A stretch of 64,000 nucleotides of DNA from Candidatus Uhrbacteria bacterium (GTDB taxonomy: Bacteria > Patescibacteriota > Patescibacteriia > GWA2-47-26). Location: the NCBI GenBank assembly GCA_016187515.1, contig JACPJN010000007.1, positions 68,046-132,045 of the forward strand, read 5' to 3'. Of the stretch, positions 59,943 through 64,000 are shown in pieces (position 1 is the first letter of the stretch; each line of letters starts with the position of its first letter). Position numbers and translations under genes: made by a program. The notes under the pieces were generated by a model. That model had not been told where the DNA came from. It did no database searches and saw only the letters and a program-made list of their open reading frames with translations.

Positions 59943-60359
59943 TTATTTCGGACTCTTGACTCCGTACAAACTCCGTCCGCGCTTGCGTCCTTCCACGCCG
60001 GTCGCGTCATAGACGCCGCGCACAATATGATAGCGCACGCCGGGCAAGTCCTTGACGCGGCCGCCGCGAATCAGCACAATGGAGTGTTCTTGGAGATTGT
60101 GTCCAATTCCGGGGATATAAGCCGTTACTTCTTTGCCATTCGACAGCCGGACGCGCGCGATTTTCCGCAGCGCCGAGTTGGGCTTCTTCGGGGTCATGGT
60201 CGTAACCTTAAGACAAACTCCCCGCTTAAATGGCGCGCCCTTAGGCAGCTCATATTCATAACGATTAAGCGTATTGAGCACGCTTTGAAGCGCCGGGGCT
60301 TTGCTCTTATAACTCTGCGCCTGACGGGGTTTGCGAATAAGCTGATTGATAGTAGGCAT
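59943..60359 (-). CDS. rpsL: 30S ribosomal protein S12
   Basis: [19 protein letters not shown]. Confidence 0.98.
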   Translation of the reverse strand: MPTINQLIRKPRQAQSYKSKAPALQSVLNTLNRYEYELPKGAPFKRGVCLKVTTMTPKKPNSALRKIARVRLSNGKEVTAYIPGIGHNLQEHSIVLIRGGRVKDLPGVRYHIVRGVYDATGVEGRKRGRSLYGVKSPK

Positions 60360-60525
60360 AGATTGCTTTGAGTAAATCAGGTGAATCAAGCGAGACAAGT
60401 AAATCAAGTACTTGATTTACCTGATTTACTTGCTTTACTTGATTTACTTGCTTTACTTACAAGTGCATTCATCCTACCCCACCCCCCAAAATTAGTCAAG
60501 GACATGGCTATGGATACCGCTATTT

Positions 60526-60780
60526 TCAATAAATATCATGTGGCCCTACATCAATAAAGTCCACCATACTGGAATCTGTAAAACGAAAAATCACCCGGAA
60601 ACCATCAACCAAATAGAATGATAGTGCTCCTCGGTGAATTCCTTGTAATTTGTGAGTATGCAGCCTCGGATCGCGCGGATTTACTGCAAACAGTTTTGCT
60701 TTTTCAAAAAAATCCTCTCTCACATATTGCGGCAATTTTTTAAACGAACGATCAAATCGCGGCAACCTCCTCACCATCAT
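60526..60780 (-). CDS. RelE/YafQ-like toxin
   Basis: F.RSFKKL, L.THKL.G, RVIF, DVGPHDIY. Confidence 0.85.
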   Translation of the reverse strand: MMVRRLPRFDRSFKKLPQYVREDFFEKAKLFAVNPRDPRLHTHKLQGIHRGALSFYLVDGFRVIFRFTDSSMVDFIDVGPHDIY

Positions 60781-60785
60781 AGAAT

Positions 60786-61019
60786 TTACGTGTTGCGCAA
60801 ATCATCAACCATTTCACCTACGCTTGCAAACTGCTTATAGTTACCGGCGGCAATATCAAAATCTGCCTCGACCAAAAGTTCGTCCAGGGTCCTGGGCTCG
60901 TTGACCATCCGTAATTGTGCGAGATCAATCTCACACACTACGCGCTTTTCCCGTGGTTTTGCGCTTACACACCGAACCGCGGCTAAGGGAATGTTAATTG
61001 TTGCACCTTGTGGATTCAT
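60786..61019 (-). CDS. Probable cognate antitoxin
   Basis: EA..DI.AG....F.SV.E...DL directly upstream of the toxin. Confidence 0.7.
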   Translation of the reverse strand: MNPQGATINIPLAAVRCVSAKPREKRVVCEIDLAQLRMVNEPRTLDELLVEADFDIAAGNYKQFASVGEMVDDLRNT

Positions 61020-61107
61020 AGCAATTTCACTATACCACGCTATACCCATTTTTATCCTACCATGCCACAACCAGGATGTCAAATACGTGTAGTACACTAA
61101 CCCCGCC

Positions 61108-61725
61108 TTAAAGGGGTAATGGCGCGCCGGTAAACAGGTAATAGATCGCGGTAATCAGGGGAAAAATCCAGCGGAATCCCACCACAAACAGGAAGAACAG
61201 CAGGATAACAAATCCATACCGCTCCATCGTGTATTTCAGGTGATCCAATGAGTCGGGCAGCAGCGGAAACAGGACTTTTGAACCGTCCAGCGGCGGGATG
61301 GGAATCAAATTGAATACCCCCAGCAAGACATTCGCGTACACAATAAGTCCAAGAATACTGACAAACGGCGACGCCGGGAGGAAACGTATCAGCGCGCCGA
61401 GCGCCGCGGCGGTCACAAAATTCGCCAGCGGGCCGGCCGCGGCCACGAGCGTTCCGGCGTATTTGCCGCGCAGGAGCATCGGATTGACCGGCACCGGCTT
61501 GGCATAAGCAAACAAAAACTGGCCGCCGGAAAAAAGAAACAGCGTGAGCGGCATAATAATCGTTCCCCAAAGATCAATATGTGACACCGGATTAAGCGTC
61601 AGCCGCCCGGCGTACTTGGCCGTCGGGTCGCCAAAATAATTAGCCACCCAGCCGTGCATATACTCGTGAATAATGGCCGAGGGCACAATAATGATGAAAA
61701 AGAAGATCAGATTTGCCGTTTCCAT
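61108..61725 (-). CDS. Site-2 protease (M50) family protein
   Basis: HEYMH, AGP.AN, FNLIPIPPLDG. Confidence 0.93.
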   Translation of the reverse strand: METANLIFFFIIIVPSAIIHEYMHGWVANYFGDPTAKYAGRLTLNPVSHIDLWGTIIMPLTLFLFSGGQFLFAYAKPVPVNPMLLRGKYAGTLVAAAGPLANFVTAAALGALIRFLPASPFVSILGLIVYANVLLGVFNLIPIPPLDGSKVLFPLLPDSLDHLKYTMERYGFVILLFFLFVVGFRWIFPLITAIYYLFTGAPLPL

Positions 61726-61882
61726 AGGGATAGTGTATACTAAGCTCTGCTTTGAATACTATCATATAATACCCGCCCGCGCCACTGGCTTAGCATCAGT
61801 TAATTAGTTAATTTGTTAATTGGCAATTAGACAACAGACAATCGAATTAACGAATCAACTAATTAACCAATTAACCAATTTT

Positions 61883-62086
61883 ATGGCAAAAGTATGTGAA
61901 CGTTGCGGCCGCGGACCGCAAATGGGCGTCTCCCGCAGCCACTCCATGATTAAAACCCGCCGCCGGTTTAATCTCAATCTGCAAACTAAAACGGTGGACG
62001 GCAAACAAATGCGGCTTTGCACCGCCTGCATCAAAACCGGAAAAAAGAACGCGGCCAAAGCCGAAGCCAAAAAAGCCCGGGCCTAA
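61883..62086 (+). CDS. rpmB: 50S ribosomal protein L28
   Basis: C..CG.....G..RSHS..KT.R.F..NLQ. Confidence 0.93.
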   Translation: MAKVCERCGRGPQMGVSRSHSMIKTRRRFNLNLQTKTVDGKQMRLCTACIKTGKKNAAKAEAKKARA

Positions 62087-62263
62087 CCCGGGCTTCTTGT
62101 TTCAATAATCCAATACCACAATTAACTAATCACTAATCGTCTAATTAACCAACCGCTATTCCACCAGCTCTTCTTTCTCCTGTGGATAGACATAACTTGA
62201 CTTATCCCCCCTATATGATAAAGTAAACTTGGTATTTAATTTATCATGTAATTCTGCGGGGTT

Positions 62264-63403
62264 ATGTTTAAAAGATCGCAAAAATTCGCGGGCCTAAAAT
62301 CAGAAAGTTGTTTCTTCTGGGGTCCTCGCCAAAGCGGCAAAAGCACTTTGTTAAAAGCGACCTTCCCCGACTCTCCTTATTACGACCTGCTGTTATCCAA
62401 CGAATTCGAGCGGCTCACGCGACGACCCGCACTGCTTCGCGAAGAACTGCTTGCTCATAAATTAAATGCTCCAGTTATCATTGACGAGGTGCAAAAGATT
62501 CCCCATTTACTTGACGAGATCCAATGGCTGATCGTCAATAAAAATATTCAATTTATTCTGTGCGGTTCAAGCGCCCGGAAACTCAAACGCGGCAGTGGAA
62601 ATCTCCTTGGCGGTCGAGCGCTTCGCTATGAACTTTTTCCTCTGGTGTCGCGGGAAATACCGCAATTTGATCTTAAAAAAGCCCTTAATCATGGTCTGCT
62701 GCCGCGCCATTATCAGACGGACCAGCCGAGGCCTTTACTCCGAGCGTACATTGGCGATTATCTAAAAGAAGAGATCGCCGCGGAAGCGCTTACGCGAAAT
62801 GTCCCCGCCTTTGCGAGATTTCTTGAGATCGCGGCATTTAGCAACGGCGAGGTAGTAAATTTTACTAATGTTGCCCGCGAATGCGGGGTCAGTGGACCGA
62901 CCGTGAAGGAATACTTCCAAATTCTAGTGGATACACTCCTGGCGCGCTTTGTTCCTTCATTTCAAAAAAAACCAAAACGGCGCGTCATTCAAGCGCCGAA
63001 ATTCTATTTGTTTGATGTTGGTGTCGCTAACACACTGCTCAAGAGAGGAGCGATTGTTCCGGGCAGTGAAGCATTTGGGCGGGCATTCGAGCATTTTATA
63101 TTTCAGGAAATTGTCGCGCATAGCCACTATTCCGGGTTAGAATATCCCATTGCTTACTGGCGCACCGCGTCTGGATTTGAAATAGATTTCATTCTTGGCG
63201 AACAAGATATCGCTCTTGAAATAAAGGGCGTCCCCGAGGTGCACGCTCATCATTTGCGAAGCGTATACGCGTTTCGCGAGGAGTATAAACCAAAAAAAAC
63301 CATTATCGTATCGCTGGACGCGAAACCTCGCAATGTTGACGGCATCAATGTAATGCCCTGGGAAGTATTCCTTCGCGATTTGTGGTCGGGTGCTATTATT
63401 TGA
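62264..63403 (+). CDS. AAA_14 ATPase with DUF4143 domain
   Basis: GPRQSGKST, IDEVQK, CGSSA, KFYLFDVG, YWRT..G.EIDF. Confidence 0.9.
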   Translation: MFKRSQKFAGLKSESCFFWGPRQSGKSTLLKATFPDSPYYDLLLSNEFERLTRRPALLREELLAHKLNAPVIIDEVQKIPHLLDEIQWLIVNKNIQFILCGSSARKLKRGSGNLLGGRALRYELFPLVSREIPQFDLKKALNHGLLPRHYQTDQPRPLLRAYIGDYLKEEIAAEALTRNVPAFARFLEIAAFSNGEVVNFTNVARECGVSGPTVKEYFQILVDTLLARFVPSFQKKPKRRVIQAPKFYLFDVGVANTLLKRGAIVPGSEAFGRAFEHFIFQEIVAHSHYSGLEYPIAYWRTASGFEIDFILGEQDIALEIKGVPEVHAHHLRSVYAFREEYKPKKTIIVSLDAKPRNVDGINVMPWEVFLRDLWSGAII

Positions 63404-63470
63404 GGGGGAAGATTAATGAAAAAGCGGGGTGCGCGACTGTACGTCGCCACACCCCGCCGAAACGAAAAGA

Positions 63471-64000
63471 TCAACTCTGAAGACGCGCCGCGGACTCCTT
63501 CAGCACGCGCTCCACCTGTGCCACCGCGATCGGGTGATAGCCGGCCCTGACGCGCTCAAACACGCAGCGCGCCCACGTGAGACCCTTAACCGTTTGCGCC
63601 ATGGCTTGGTAGATGGGCTTCAAGTACACGGTGCGCCCGTAGGTGGCCAGAAATTCCTCAATCGCGGGTTCGGCCGCCGAGTAGCCGGACTCGGAGGCCA
63701 GAAGCAGGAACGCCTGGCGCACTTCGGTGTTTTTGTGCGTGGACAAGGAAAATCTGCCTTCCAGGCCGGAAACGAGCTCCGGCGTTTGCGGACGCGGCAG
63801 AAGCTCCAAGTAAAGCTTCCACTGCCGCGGCGACCATCCGGCAATCATCTGTTGGGACGGTACCGCGGAGATCCGCGCCTGCTCTTCCACCTCTGCGATA
63901 AGCGGCGAGGCGACCTCCGGCGTGTTTCCCGGCAGTCCCGGCCCATAGACGAAGCGCCAGGCCTGTACCTCTTCCAGTACGCCGGGCAATTCCACCGCCA
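63471..64000 (-). CDS. M1 aminopeptidase / leukotriene-A4-hydrolase-like C-terminal part (runs off window end)
   Basis: W.YGPGLP, N.EV, FL..YGR..Y..P.Y, YHPIA. Confidence 0.8.
   Translation of the reverse strand, partial: AVELPGVLEEVQAWRFVYGPGLPGNTPEVASPLIAEVEEQARISAVPSQQMIAGWSPRQWKLYLELLPRPQTPELVSGLEGRFSLSTHKNTEVRQAFLLLASESGYSAAEPAIEEFLATYGRTVYLKPIYQAMAQTVKGLTWARCVFERVRAGYHPIAVAQVERVLKESAARLQS

Larger units (their letters stand above)
10323..60459. repeat. Family C intergenic hairpin (9-nt GTAAATCAA/TTGATTTAC units): ~10323-10400, 33139-33216, 43327-43404, 48498-48560, 50051-50126, 60370-60459
   Basis: Tandem GTAAATCAA/GCGAGACAA units mirrored by TTGATTTAC. Confidence 0.92.

Noticed and set aside
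43318-60407. N-terminal extensions on secY, rplX, rpsS, rplD and rpsL in the ORF track
   Set aside because: They are translations of intergenic repeats; conserved starts lie downstream.

Overview
Core chromosomal segment of a Patescibacteria/CPR (Parcubacteria-like) bacterium, inferred from the missing rpmD/L30, short GAD-less AspRS, CPR-type pilin-domain surface proteins and SD-less core genes. It carries nrdJ-cobO, ftsAZ, large Cys-rich surface proteins, scpA, ybaK-lon, aspS, recO, map, adk, secY, the str/S10/spc ribosomal cluster and two TA pairs. The most striking unannotated signal is a twice-repeated two-RNA module (29792-29991 minus; 33565-33759 plus). Each copy has a ~70-nt tRNA-like gene with the alanine identity set (G3.U70, A73) and no normal D-arm, followed by a separately promoted ~65-70-nt small RNA. 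The first 16-17 nt of that small RNA are complementary to the long arm of its own tRNA-like partner and are followed by a tmRNA-like resume context. This is a candidate split tmRNA or tRNA-mimic/antisense system bracketing lon and ybaK. Other signals: about ten families of short hairpin repeats fill intergenic gaps and insert in frame into htrA, cobO, recO, map, ybeY and ruvX; a PaaX/Cas2-like gene sits between twin perfect palindromes; and two genes look like orphan DGR targets. All calls come from reading the sequence by eye; no searches were run.
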